Source: Chiloscyllium plagiosum
Taxonomy: Eukaryota
DNA: 50,183 nucleotides
Assembly (NCBI RefSeq): GCF_004010195.1
Contig: NC_057749.1
Location: 14,950,088-15,000,270 of the forward strand
Reading direction: 5' to 3'
The notes below the pieces were generated by a model. That model was not told the origin of the DNA. It made no database searches and saw nothing but the letters and a program-made list of their open reading frames with translations. Shown one piece after another: positions 1-11,790 of the stretch (position 1 is the stretch's first letter; each line of letters starts with the position of its first letter). The position numbers were made by a program, and so were the translations under genes.

Positions 1-610
1 CACCCACAATCTATCTTGGTCTATCCACATTGATGCTACAGTCAAGAAAGTACACCAACGCCTCTCCTTCCTCAGATGGAAGTCAGCATGTCCACAAAGA
101 CTCTTGCTAAGTTTTATAGATGCACTAAAGAAAGCATTTTACCGGGATGCATCACAGCTTGGTATGGCAACTGCTCTGCCCAGAACCATAACAAACTACC
201 AAGAGTCATGAGCACAGCCCAGCCCATCACGTGAACTAGCTTTCCATCCATTGACTCTGTCTGCACTTCCCTCTGCCTTGGAAAAGTAACCAACCTAATC
301 AAGGACGCCCCCCCACCCCGGTTATACTCTCTTCCACCCTCCTCCAGAAGGTACAAAAGTCTGAAAACATGTACCAACATATCCCAATAGATTCAAGAAC
401 AGCTTCTTCCCCGCTGTTATCAGACTTATGAACAGACCGCTCATATATTAGAGTTGATCCTTCTCTGCACCTTCTCTGTAGCTGTAACACTATATTCTGC
501 ACTCTGTTCTATTACTTATGTAATTACTATGTAATTTGCCCCGATAGCACACAAAACAAAACTTTTCACTGCATCTTGGTATATGTGACAATAATAAATC
601 AAATCAAATC
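1..610 (+). mobile_element. Rex1/Babar-type LINE 3' fragment
   Basis: Degenerate ESILxGCITAWYGNCSAQ...LxRV coding remnant; ends AATAAA(TCAAA)n. Confidence 0.75.
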
Positions 611-1397
611 ATAAGTGGAAATAGATTATTGCTATTTGTGAAATGCAGTGATATAAGTGCAGCAAGCCCTACATTGACATATTCGCCATTGCAGTTTGAT
701 AATCATCTCCCTCTAAGGGTTCATTCAAAACTCTGGTTCAGGAAAATAATCGAGTCAAGTACTTGCTTAGATGGTGGGTAAATGTAGTTGCAGGTATTTC
801 ATCGTCCCTGGTTAGTAAGATGGTGGCTCTATGTTTGACAAGCCCACAGGTGCTGCTGCTGGGTTTAGAGGCAAAGAAATCCACAGAACACAATCTGTCT
901 TGGGTAAGGCACATCGCAGATCTGGCAGTGTCCCTGATGTCCACACAGTGTTCCTCTTAGACCAGATGAGCCTCAGGTTTCTTTGTTTAACCTTTTATTC
1001 TTACACGCACATATCAAGAAGATAGTGTACAGCTCAAATACTTTTGCAAGAACAAAGGTTTATATTATTTTTATAGATAACTATTGCAGGTAACTCACCC
1101 TCCCATTCCCACCCTATCATCATTCACATTCCAAGTTAGTAAGTTGAAATGTACCACAAACACCATTTCAGCAAGGCTGTGGGTCTTTGGCTCTTTAATA
1201 ATTATCCAGGGAAGTGTGCCCGCTCACTCTAAGCTGTGACCCTTTCACATTAAGATTGATTTCCTGGATCAGTTCCGTTTGCCATGCAGACTAATTCCAA
1301 GATCCAGAAACACATCATCTTCTTCACTGGGTAGCTTAGGTATTCAGCACTTAATAAAACAAAACTTAGTAGCTTGTGCACTGTTTGTACAGGGAGA

Positions 1398-1746
1398 CAG
1401 ATAGACACATATACACACATACACAGTCTCTCATACAACTCGCTCATTCACACACACACGCGAATAAAATCACACACAGTCACAGACATTCTGTCTCACA
1501 CACAACACATGCACACACAGTCTCTCTCTCACACACACACACTCACAGATACTCTCTCTCACACACTCGCCACTCACACATGCACACAATTACATGATTC
1601 ACAAGACACATATAAACATAACATATACAGAGACATCTCCATATAAACACGCAAAGAGATGTGTACCTATAAAGGACAAACACACAACACATATACAAAG
1701 TTACACACACTGTCGCTGATACATATATATGCACACAAACACACAC
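1398..1746. repeat. Degenerate (CA)n-rich low-complexity tract
   Basis: Interrupted ACAC/CTCT runs. Confidence 0.85.
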
Positions 1747-1767
1747 CTGCTGTCAATAACATTTGCA

Positions 1768-2715
1768 ATAACATTAGCAAATCTGCTGATGATACTAAGC
1801 TGGGTGGCAGGGTGAAATGTGATGAGGATGTTAGGAGATTACAGGGTGACCTGGACAAGTTAGGTGAGTGGTCTGATGCATGACAGATGCAGTTTAATGT
1901 GGATAAATGTATGGTTATCCACTTTGTTGGCAAGAACAGGAAGGCAGATTACTACCTCAATGGAATCAATTTAGGTAAAGGGGCAGTACAGAGAGATCTG
2001 GGTGTTCTTGTACACCAGTCAATGAAGGTAAGCATGCAGGTACAGCAGGTAGTGAAGAAGGCTAATAGCATGCTGGCCTTCATAACAAGAGGGATTGAGT
2101 ATAGAAGCAAAGAGGTTCTTCTGTGGCTGTACAGGGCCCTGGTGAGACCACACCTAGAGTACTGTGTGCAGTTCTGGTCTCCAAATTTGAGGAAAGAAAT
2201 TCTGGCTATTGAGGGAGTGCAGCATAAGTTCACGAGGTCAATTCCTGGAATGGCGGGATTACCTTACGCCGAAAGACTGGAGCGACTGGGCTTGTATACC
2301 CTTGAGTTTAGAAGACTGAGAGGGGATCTGATTGAGACATATACGATTATTAAAGGATTGGATACTATGGCGGCAGGAAACATGTTTCCGCTGATGGGTG
2401 AGTGCTGAACCAGAGGACACAGCTTAAAAATACGGGGTAGACCATTTAGGACAGAGATGAGGAGAAACTTCTTCACCCAGAGAGTGGTGGCTGTGTTGAA
2501 TGCTCTTCCCCAGAGAGCAGTGGAGGCCCAGTCTCTGGATTCATTTAAGAAAGAGTTGAATCGAGCTCTCAAGGATAGTGGAATCAAGGGTTATGGAGAT
2601 AAAGCAGGAACAGGATACTGATTAAGGATGATCAGCCATGATCATATTGAATGGTGGTGCAGGCTCGAAGGGCAGAATGGCCTACTCCTGCACCTATTGT
2701 CTATTGTCTATTGTC
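1768..2715 (+). mobile_element. CR1 LINE, 5'-truncated (RT C-terminus + 3' UTR), relatively young
   Basis: ISKSADDTKLGG, LYRALVRPHLEYCVQFWSP, LEFRRLRGDLIE motifs; (CTATTGT)n tail. Confidence 0.92.
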
Positions 2716-2781
2716 CCACTTACAGAGGTACACACACCGACACACAGGGATGGCACACACCCATGTACCCCGAGTAAGAGT

Positions 2782-3083
2782 TCATAAAATCCCTACAGTG
2801 TGAAAACAGAGCCTTTGGCCCAACAAGTCCACACTGACCCTCCAAGAGTAACCCACCCCCTATATTTACCCCTGAACAATGTACCTAACCTACACATCCT
2901 TGAGCACTATGGGAAATTTAGCATGGCCAATTCACCTAATCTGCATATCTTTATATTGTGGGAGGAAGCCCAAACAGACAAAATGTGCAAAATCCACACA
3001 GACAGTCAGCCAAGGCTGGATTTGAACCCAGGTCCCTGGCGCTGTGAGGTAGCAGTGCTAACAACCAAGTCACCATGCTGCCC
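2782..3083 (-). mobile_element. HE1-like tRNA-derived V-SINE
   Basis: Reverse complement has A/B-box head (GTTAGCACTGCT...GGGTTCAAATCC) and the V-domain TGTCTGTGTGGA.TTTGCACATT core. Confidence 0.8.
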
Positions 3084-3473
3084 AGAGCATGTGGTGAACT
3101 GTTCAAAGCACCATTAATCAACAAGCCATTTCTTTCTGAGATGACGTGACATTACCAGTGAACACAAGACTGTAAAGCCATGATCTAGTTTTCAGTATTC
3201 ACTGCATCAAAACGCAGTCATTCCATTACTCTTAATTTCTCTGTCAAACATTTGTCTCTCATTGTGAAGAAGGTCAATCACATCGTTGCACTAATAGTCA
3301 CAAATCAATATTTTATTATTAGCTTAAAATGAACTCATTTATTACAGAACAATGATGCTTCATTTACCAACATGTCAACCTGCCCCAGTTAGTGTTCAAG
3401 AAGTTTCACAATCTAGACTGTCACTCCAACAGGAAGGACTGAGGTAAGATATGATGGAAAATGTCTGGGGAGA

Positions 3474-3880
3474 CAATGGCCCAGTGATATTATTGCTGGA
3501 CTGTTAACTCAGAGACCCAGATAAAGTTCTGGGGACCTGGGTTTGAAATCCTGGCCTTCATAACAAGAGGAATTGAGTATAGAAGCAAAGAGGTTCTTGA
3601 AATCCTGCCATGGTAGATGGTGGAATTTGAATTCAGTGAATATCTAGAATTAAGAATCTAATGATGATCACGTGTTGATTGTTGGAAAAATCCATCTGGT
3701 TCACTAATGACCTTGAGGGAAGGAAACTGTCATCCTCACCTGGTCAGGCCTACATGTGACTCCAGACCCACACCAATGTGGTTGATTCTTAACTGCCCTC
3801 TGGGTAATTAGGGATGGGGAATAAATACTGGCCTAGCCAGCAACATCCACACCCTGTGAATGAATAAAGAAAAAATAAAT
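3474..3880 (+). mobile_element. Shark tRNA-derived SINE (second family; tail shared with a CR1/L2-group LINE)
   Basis: tRNA-like head (GGGTTTGAAATCC), core CATCTGGTTCACTAATG...CCTACATGTGACTCCAGACCCAC, tail ...GAATGAATAAAG-A-rich. Related copies near 5920-6190(-), 18600-18780(-), 22320-22590(+), 26252-26582(+), 35495-35800(-), 47555-47899(+), 48480-48700(-). Confidence 0.75.
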
Positions 3881-3885
3881 CTAAA

Positions 3886-3995
3886 TAAAAACTGAAAGAA
3901 CTGTGGATGCAACAGAGATTGCTGGAAAAGCTCAGCAGGTCTGGCAGCATCCAGGGAGAGAAATCAGAGATAATGTCTCAGTCAAATTACCCTTT
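3886..3995 (-). mobile_element. Penelope-like element end (family with TGCTGGAAAAGCTCAGCAGGTCTGGCAGCATC)
   Basis: Same motif recurs at about 5168-5300, 6345-6482(+), 21447-21540(+), 24390-24485, 24640-24730, 38165-38263 and 45172-45265. The best copies keep a CTGAAGA...stem...(G)AAAtGTT hammerhead remnant. Confidence 0.6.
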
Positions 3996-4431
3996 ACAAC
4001 AATTTGTGTTTTTGATGGAAAATCAAGTGAGATATTACGCTGACGTTTTGTCTGTTAGTAAAAGATTCTGTGACTGAGAAGGGTTTAACAATAGATAGAG
4101 AGAAACTATTTCTGCTTGACTGTTGGGACAGTCAGGTTTACATCTGATCCCCTTATGAATGCTTGGCTGCATTTTAAATGATCAGGATTTGTATTGGGGG
4201 AGGAGTCTGTATAGATGACAGTTTTAAGAGGTTATTAAAGGATGAGCTGCTTTTGTTGTGGTAAGTAAAATATTTTTTTTTCAATAGATGGACAACTGGA
4301 GGGAGTTTGTATTTTCTGAATGGATTTACATGAACGAGAGTTTATTTTTCAGTCTCAAGAGTGTTTGAGTGAGACATCTATGAGATTGATCCTTTTTCTC
4401 CCACTGAATACAGTGCATGTGGTGGATATTG

Positions 4432-4530
4432 TCAGAAGTCACGCAACACCAGGTCCAACAGGTTCATTTATAATCACAAGCTTTCGGAGCAGCGCCGTTG
4501 GATTATAACCTGGTGTCATGTGACTTCTGA
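4432..4530. mobile_element. Degenerate fold-back Penelope-end element
   Basis: TCAGAAGTCAC...ACACCAGG inverted with CCTGGTGT...GTGACTTCTGA; partial AAGCTTTCGGAGC hammerhead remnant. Confidence 0.7.
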
Positions 4531-4806
4531 TAGCGTGCAGCAGCCACCACAGAGGAGCTATGGGAAAAGGTCCCAGGTTAAAGCCTTGTATCATTGTGCA
4601 CCAACGAGCTTGACATAATGTGGAATCATCTGAGCTGTGAGTCCAACAAGGATTTCACACTGTGAGCATCGAATAAAATTTTATTGAGGCACAACAGATT
4701 GGAATGTGGTGTGTGAAGAAGAGTTTATTTCAGTAATTTTCAATAATGAAATGTCCAGATAACGTTTTAAGGTGTTGACTAGTGGATAATGCCTGAATAC
4801 AGGCCT

Positions 4807-5122
4807 AGTGGCTCAGCCGCTAGCACGGCTGCCTCGCAGCACCAAGGACCCAGGTTCAATTCCAGCCTCAGGCGATTGGCTGCGTGGAGTTTGTACATTC
4901 TTGCCATGTCTGCGTGGGTTTCCTCCGGGTGCTCTGGTTTCCACCACATGTGCAGCTAAGGTGGATTGCCCAGAGTGCCCAGGGATATGCAGGTGAGGTG
5001 GGTTAGCTGTGACGAACGTAGGGTTACAGGGATAGGGTGGGGTGTGTCTAGGTAGGATGCTGCTGGGGGCTCAGTGCATGTTCAATAGCCTCTTTCTGCA
5101 CTGTTGGGATTCGGTGATTCTC
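4807..5122 (+). mobile_element. HE1-like V-SINE
   Basis: GTGGCTCAG..TAGCAC...GGTTCAATTCC head and V-domain core. Confidence 0.8.
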
Positions 5123-5539
5123 AAACACGCAGTTCAAAACACATCATGTTGACAGATTCCTGTAAGTTAAAAGCAAAATGCGGCTGTAAATCTAAAACAA
5201 AAGCAGAGAGTACTGCAGAAACTCAGCAGGTCTGGCAGCACCTGTGGAGAGAGATGAACGATGTTTATCTTCGGAGTCCCGTGAATCTTGCCTCGGAGGC
5301 TTTTTATTTCACAGATTGCCATCTGTGTGACTGAAGAACGCTTGCATTACAATCAAGTCGGGAGTTCTCAGACTGATCAAACCCTCACTCACACATCGGC
5401 TGGATTCTATCTAATCTTTAAGACAAACACTAGTGCGTATTGACTAGGTTGCCACTTCCTGCCAGATTGGAACATCCATCATTTAAGACCCCTCCTGGGA
5501 ATCCCGTATGCATAATACAGGAGTGATTTAGAGAAACAT

Positions 5540-5850
5540 GAACAAGCTTGTGTTTATACAGCACCATTCATGGCTTCAGGAATCTCTCAAAGTGTTTTAG
5601 GGGCACCATCATATTGATTCAGCAACCAAAGTGTTATTTGGCATGTTTTAGATTCATCTGAGGGAGCAGGGGTGGGATGAGTTGGGGGGGGGGTGTGGGC
5701 CTTGTTTAATGATTCAGTCCAAAGATGGTACTTTTAACAAGACAACGTTCCACTGGAGTGTTCGTGCTCATTGTTGCTTTCAAGGCCTGGAGTGGACCTT
5801 GGACCCAGAACATTCCTGACTCCGAGGCAGGAATATCACCCATTAAGCCA
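5540..5850 (-). mobile_element. Degenerate Deu-domain SINE (SacSINE1/AmnSINE-like) fragment
   Basis: Reverse complement ends ...GGTGCTGTATAAACACAAGCTTGTT, like the 28810-29198 copy; tRNA-like head near 5800-5845. Confidence 0.45.
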
Positions 5851-6202
5851 CATCGCAATGTTGCACCAAACTCGTCACCAATTGACTAATCCTACTGAGC
5901 ATTGTCAAGGGTTGGCTATTTCCCCCCATTGAGATGTGGGTGTTACTGGCTAACACCAGGGGGGCATTTATTGCCCATCTCTAATTGCCCTTGGACTAAG
6001 CAGTTTACCCAATCATTTCAGATCCAACCTCATTGCTGTGAGACTGGAGTCACGTGTAGGCCAGACCAGGGAAGGGCAGTATATTTCCTTCACCATTAGT
6101 GAATCTGAAGGGTCTTTACAACAGTTGAGGATGATTCTGTGGTCACCAAAAATGAGACTAACCTTGAATTCTGGGTTGTTTTTCTTATATCCAGAAGTGT
6201 TC

Positions 6203-6265
6203 GAACATAGAACATAGAACAGTACAGCACAGAACAGGCCCTTCAGCCCACGATGTTGTGCCGAC
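6203..6265 (-). mobile_element. Extremely 5'-truncated CR1 tail
   Basis: (AACATAG)n tail plus AGCACAGAACAGGCCCTTC.GCCCACGATGTTGTGCCGA, near-identical to 47052-47114. Confidence 0.75.
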
Positions 6266-7074
6266 TATTCAAGTGATGTTCTTGTTTAAAGAAACTGCAA
6301 ATCCGGCAGTGAAATTTTGAGTCTGGTTACTCTTTATCGGAACTCTGAAGAAGGGCCATTGGATCCAAAATGTTAACTCTGCTTTCTCTCTCCACAGAAG
6401 CTGCCAGACCTGCTGAGTTTCTTCCAACAATTTCCACCTTTTGTTTCAGATCTCTGGCATCCAAAGCTCTTCATTTTATTACAAACATTTTTTTTCCCTC
6501 CTAAGGATATAGAGCCGTGGGAGGTGAATGGAGGTAAGATCTCTTTAAGTAATGGGACAGACTATAGGGGCTGAATGTCCTTCTTCTGTCTCTGTGTTCT
6601 GCATTGTTTGATTACATCAAAATCTTGTTGTTTCAATAGCCAAAGGGCAAAGGAGCAGAGGAAAATGGAAAGGAAGAGATAATTCATCCATTTTTTAAAC
6701 TCCTGAAACATCTTATTAACAACTCATTGCAGTAACTGCAGTTTGATGAGCTACATTTCACTGTGCAGTCTTTGTAAAAAGCATTACTTTCCTTGACAAA
6801 ACAGCCCTTTAATAGTTGGTGTTGAGCATAGTGCAGTTGGCACTTAAAGATCTTTCTGCAGCTCTGCATTGTCTTTCAAAGTCGATCAATCCCATTGCAG
6901 CCGGGAGAACATGACATTATACTATTAAAGTCTGAACTCCCGCTGATCCTTACAGCTTCTCATTGGAGGTAAGTGCAGCAGTGCCCTAACCTGAGAAGCA
7001 GCAGCCAATCTATATTCCAATCAGGTTCAATATGTCTGCTCTACTGTCTGTGTCCCAGGAAAACCACTTTGACT

Positions 7075-8115
7075 CATTGAGTTATACAGCATGGGAATAG
7101 ACCCTTCGGTCTAACCAGTCCATACCGAACATAATCCCAAACTAAACTAGTCCCACCTTCTTGCTCCTAGCCCATAAAAGGGCAGCACCATTGGTTAGCA
7201 CTGCTGCCTCACAGCGATAGGGACTCGATTCCACCCTCGGACGACTGTCTGTGTGGAGTTTGTATGTTTTCTCTGTGTCTGCATGGGTTTCCTCCAGATG
7301 CTCCGGTTTCCTCCCACAATCCAAAGATGTGCAGGTCAGGTGTACTGGCCAAGCTAAATTGCCCATAGTGTCCAGGGATGTGAAGGATATGGTGGGCCAA
7401 AGGGTAGAGAATGTGTCTTGGTGGGATGCGCTTCAGAGGGTCAGTGTGAACTTGATGGGCTGAATACCCTGCTTCCACACTGTAGGATTCTATGAATCTA
7501 TGTCCCTCCAAACCTTTCCTATTCATGTATTTATTCAAATGTCTTTTAAACATTGTAACTATGTCCATGTCCACCACTTCCTCAGGAGGTTCATTCCACA
7601 TGCAAATCACCCTCTGTGTAAAAAGGTTGCCCCTCGTGTCTTTTTTAAATTTCTCTCCTCCCACCTTAAAAATCTGCCCCCTAGTCTTGAAATACCCAAT
7701 CCTAGGGAAAAGACAACTACCATTAACCCTATCTATACCACTCAATATTTTCTAAACTTCTATAAGGTCACCTCTCAACCTCCTACACTCCAGTGAAAAA
7801 AGGTCTCAGCCTATCCAGCCTTTCTTTATAACGTAACTGAAACATTCTATACCCAGCAACATCCTGGTAAATCTCTTCTGAACCCTCTCCAACTTAATAA
7901 TATCCTTCCTATAACTGGGTGACCAGAACTGGATACGGTATTCCAGAAGAGGCCTGTACAAACTCAATGAATTCCAAACTCCTGCACTCTAAGGACTGAG
8001 CAACGAAGGCAAGCGTGCCAAATGCCTTTTTAACCAGCCTGCCTAAACGGGATGCAAACGCCAAAGTATTATGTACCTGAACTCCTAATTCCTCTGTTCT
8101 ACAACACTACCCTAT
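7075..8115 (-). mobile_element. CR1 LINE 3' fragment interrupted by an HE1 SINE
   Basis: GIDRVNGSCLFP...TRGQIFKV...FTQRVICMWN ORF remnant; tail at 7075-7175. Confidence 0.85.
7180..7500 (+). mobile_element. HE1-like V-SINE nested in CR1
   Basis: GGTTAGCACTGCTGCCTCACAGC head, V-domain, GGATTCTATGAATCTA tail. Confidence 0.85.
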
Positions 8116-8144
8116 AACCAATGAAATTTGGAGAATCGGATGTT

Positions 8145-8480
8145 AGGGAATGGGTGGGTGGTATGATTGGGGGTGAGGCAAATGTGGGGCAGAGAGATAT
8201 GTGTGGTAATAGGGAAGCAGGGAGCAAGAACATGGGGGCAGAGAGGGAAGGGTGAAAGGGAGAGTGCATAGAGTAGAGGGAGAGGGAGAATGAAGGATGG
8301 AGTGTAGGAAGGAAGAAGGAGGGTGGGGAGGGAGAGGGGAAAGAGTGGAGGGAAAGGTAGAAGGGTGGATTGAGGGGAGAAGATGGAGAAAGAGATGAGG
8401 AATGTGGAAGGGAAGGGTGGATGGGGTGGGGGATGGTTAAGTGCAAGAGGTTGGGGGGAATGTGAAGGTAAAGGGTGACA
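8145..8480. repeat. Purine (G/A)-rich low-complexity tract
   Basis: GGGAGA/GGAAGG-rich; the P/S-rich ORF on the opposite strand is compositional. Confidence 0.8.
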
Positions 8481-9790
8481 GGGTCTAAGCTACTAAAATA
8501 AATATCCTATTTTCATAAAATATTAAAAGCTATATCTAAGATATTAGAGCCAAGGGGCTGTATGGGACTGATATTTCACTGCCCATTTTCCTGCTTCCTC
8601 TGTAATGGCTGTCTACAGAATTTAAATGCGCTTCAAAGTTAATTTAATTCCTTCCACTCACAAGCCACCTAGATATTGAGCAAATGTCTCTCACCTCCCT
8701 ATTTCCATCCTTGCTCATTCAAACACAATTTTCAATCCAAAAGTCTGACCTGGCTTTAAAATCAGAAAGCAATTTCTGGTCTTTGCCATGTAGCAGAACA
8801 TGAGCTTATAGACTGGTTTCACCTCCACTGAGGATTATGGGTAGGAACAGCCACCATTTAAATACAGACTTCAGAAGCACTCTGATGGCTGGGTGTTGCC
8901 AGATGTGGGACTGGATTGTACCAACAAGATATCCTCAGCTTTGAGTGTCATGCTGTCTTAGCAAAGCTCCATTGGATTGTCAACAGAGATGGCCCCGCTC
9001 ATCCTTAATGTTTTGGGTTAGGAGGAATCAATCCAGGCTGCTACAGATCCTTAGCACCGAAGAAGTTGTACAATGTCAGTGGGGACCTGGACTGGATGTA
9101 ATGTTAGTTTGTTTTTAAAGAATCCAAAACACCAAGCATTTGCTAAAAAACTGAAGCCACAAGGTTTATTTGAAGAACATGAAACCTGGCAACTACACAG
9201 TAGTTTAAGTAGTCAGTTAAGTTAAAGAATTAAAATAACAATTAACTTAGTCAGTTGCAATCTAAACCAAGCTTCTAAAATCTAATTTCCTTCTGCATCC
9301 ACTATCTCAAAAATACAAGTTAAATACTTAGCTGAAATTGGAAAATTAACCACTTGGCCTCATAAGCTTCAAGCTTCTTAAAACATTGACATTTCTTGGA
9401 CTTCCCTCTTACTTTTGGTAAGTTTGTCCCTACAAGTCTCTTTCAACCAGCTTACATCAAAAAAACCTCCCTACTCAGTGCAGGTTTCTCAAGGATCTTA
9501 AATGTTGGTCAGAATGTTCCTGGTTCTAATTTTTTTTTAATTCTGAAGTTTTGTCTCTAAAAGTCTCACTCACTCTCCCTCTCTTTCTCAACCTGGGTAT
9601 ACCAGAAGGTCAACTCACTGTTAGGATCTCTTAAGTGAACACAATTTCAGCTGAACTTTGTTTGAGAGAAGTGTTTTCTCTTCTGGATGTAGCTTGATCC
9701 AAAACCTAAATCTAAACATAGAATCACTCCCTGGAGTTCATGTTTACATTGCTTTTGTGGGCCCAATGTTTGTCTCCCATGCAACCTGGT

Positions 9791-11790
9791 CATAAGAACA
9801 TAAGAACTAGGAGCAGGAGTAGGCCGTCTGACCCTTCCAGCCTGCTCCACCATTCAATAAGATCATGGCTGATCTTCTCATGGCCTCAGCTCCATGGCCT
9901 CAGCTCCACTTACTCGCCCACTCACCGTAACCCTTAATTCCTTTACTGTTCAAAAAAAATCTATCTTAGCTTTAAAACATTTACTGAGGAAGCCCCCATT
10001 ACTTCACTGGGCAGGGAATTCCATCGATTCACAATCTTCTGGGTGAAGAAGTTCCTTCTCAATTCAGTCCTAAATCTGCTCCCATTAACTTAGAGGCTGT
10101 GCCCTCTTGTCCTAGTTTCAACCGTCAGGGGTAACATCCTTTCTACTTCTATCTTATGTATTCCCTTCATAATTTTAAATGTTTCTATAAGATTCCCCCC
10201 TCATTCCTCTACATTCCAATGAACATAATCCCAGTCTACTGAGCCTCTCCTCATAAGCCAACCCTATCAACCCCAGAATCAACCTGGTGAACCTCCTCTG
10301 CACCCCCTGCAGTGCTGGTACATCCTTTCTCAAGTAAGGAGACCAAAACTGCACGCAGTACTCCAGGTGTGGCCTCACCAACACCCTGTACAGCTGCAGC
10401 ATAACCTTCCTGCTTTTAAACTCAAGCCCTTTAGCAATGAAGGACAAAATTCCATTTGTCTTCCTAATTACCTGTTGCACCTGCAAACCAACCTTCTGTG
10501 ATTCATGCACAAGGACACCCAGGTCCCTCTGCACACCAGTGGGTTGCAAGTTTTTACCATTGAAGTAATTACCATTACTGTTATTCCTTCCAAAATGGTG
10601 GCTTCACACTTATTAACATTGTACTCCATCTGCCAGACCTTTGTCCATTCATTAAAACTATCTATGTCCCTCTGCAAAGTTTCACAGTCCTTTGCATCCT
10701 TCACTCTACCACGCATTTTAGTGCCATCTGCAAACTTTGACACACTACACGTGATTCCCCAACTCCAAATCATCTATGTAAATTGTGAATAATTGCAGTC
10801 CTAACACTGATCCCTGAGGCACACCGTTAGTCACTGATTGCCAACCAGAATAGCATTTATTTATTCCCACTGCTTCCTGTTAGTTAATCAATCCTCATTC
10901 CATGCTAATACATTGCCCATAACACCTTGCATCATTATCTTATACAGCAACCTTTTGTGCGGCACCTTGTCAAATGCCTTTGGAAATTTAGATACACCAC
11001 ATCTACTGGATCCCTGTTGCCCACCATGTTCATAACGTCTTAACAGAATTCAAATAGACTCGTTAAGCATGACCTGCCCTTCATGAACCATGCTATTTCT
11101 ATCTAGATGCCTTGCTACCTCTTCCTTGATAATAGACTCAAGCATTTTCACCACTAGCGAAGTTAAGCTAACTGGTCTCTATTTCCCCATCTTTTGTCTA
11201 CCTCCCTTTTTAAATAGTGGTGTCGCATTTGCTGTTTTCCAATCTGCTGGGACTGCCCCAGTGAATTTCGGAAAATTTTACATGTACATTTGTTATTTCT
11301 CCCGGCATGTCTTTTAGCACCCTGGGATGCATTCCAGCAGGGCCAGGAGACTTGCCTACCTATACTCTATTAGCTTGCCCAACACTACCTCATTCATGAT
11401 AATGATTGTTTCCAGGTCCTCACCTACCTCCATCTCTTTGTCAATTACTGGCATGTTATTCACATCCTCCACTGTGAAGACCGATACAAAATTCAATACC
11501 TCGGCCATTTCCTCATATCCCATAACTAAATGCCCTTTCTCATCCTCTAAAGGACCAACATTTACTTTAGCCAGTCTTTTTTGTTTCATATATTTGTAGA
11601 AAGTTCAGATATCTGTCTTTGTATTCTGAACTAGTTTTTTTTCTCAAAATCTATCTTACTTTTCTTTATAGTTGTTTTTGTGACTTTCTGTTGATCTTTA
11701 AAGCTTTCCCAACTTCCTAGTTTCCTGCTGATCTTGGCCACTTTGTATGTCTTTTCTTACAGTATATTAGCCTCCTGTCTTTCCTTGGTC
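9791..11790 (-). mobile_element. CR1 LINE fragment (~2 kb, frameshifted RT)
   Basis: [44 protein letters not shown] remnants; (CATAAGAA)n tail. TGGTCA at 9787-9792 and 11786-11791 is a possible TSD. Confidence 0.9.

Noticed and set aside
763..960. 65-aa ORF
   Set aside because: No recognisable homology or splice context.
1887..2408. 173-aa ORF as a host gene
   Set aside because: CR1 ORF2 C-terminus with an upstream in-frame stop and premature end; same for 10175-10773, 47124-47462 and 47849-48424.
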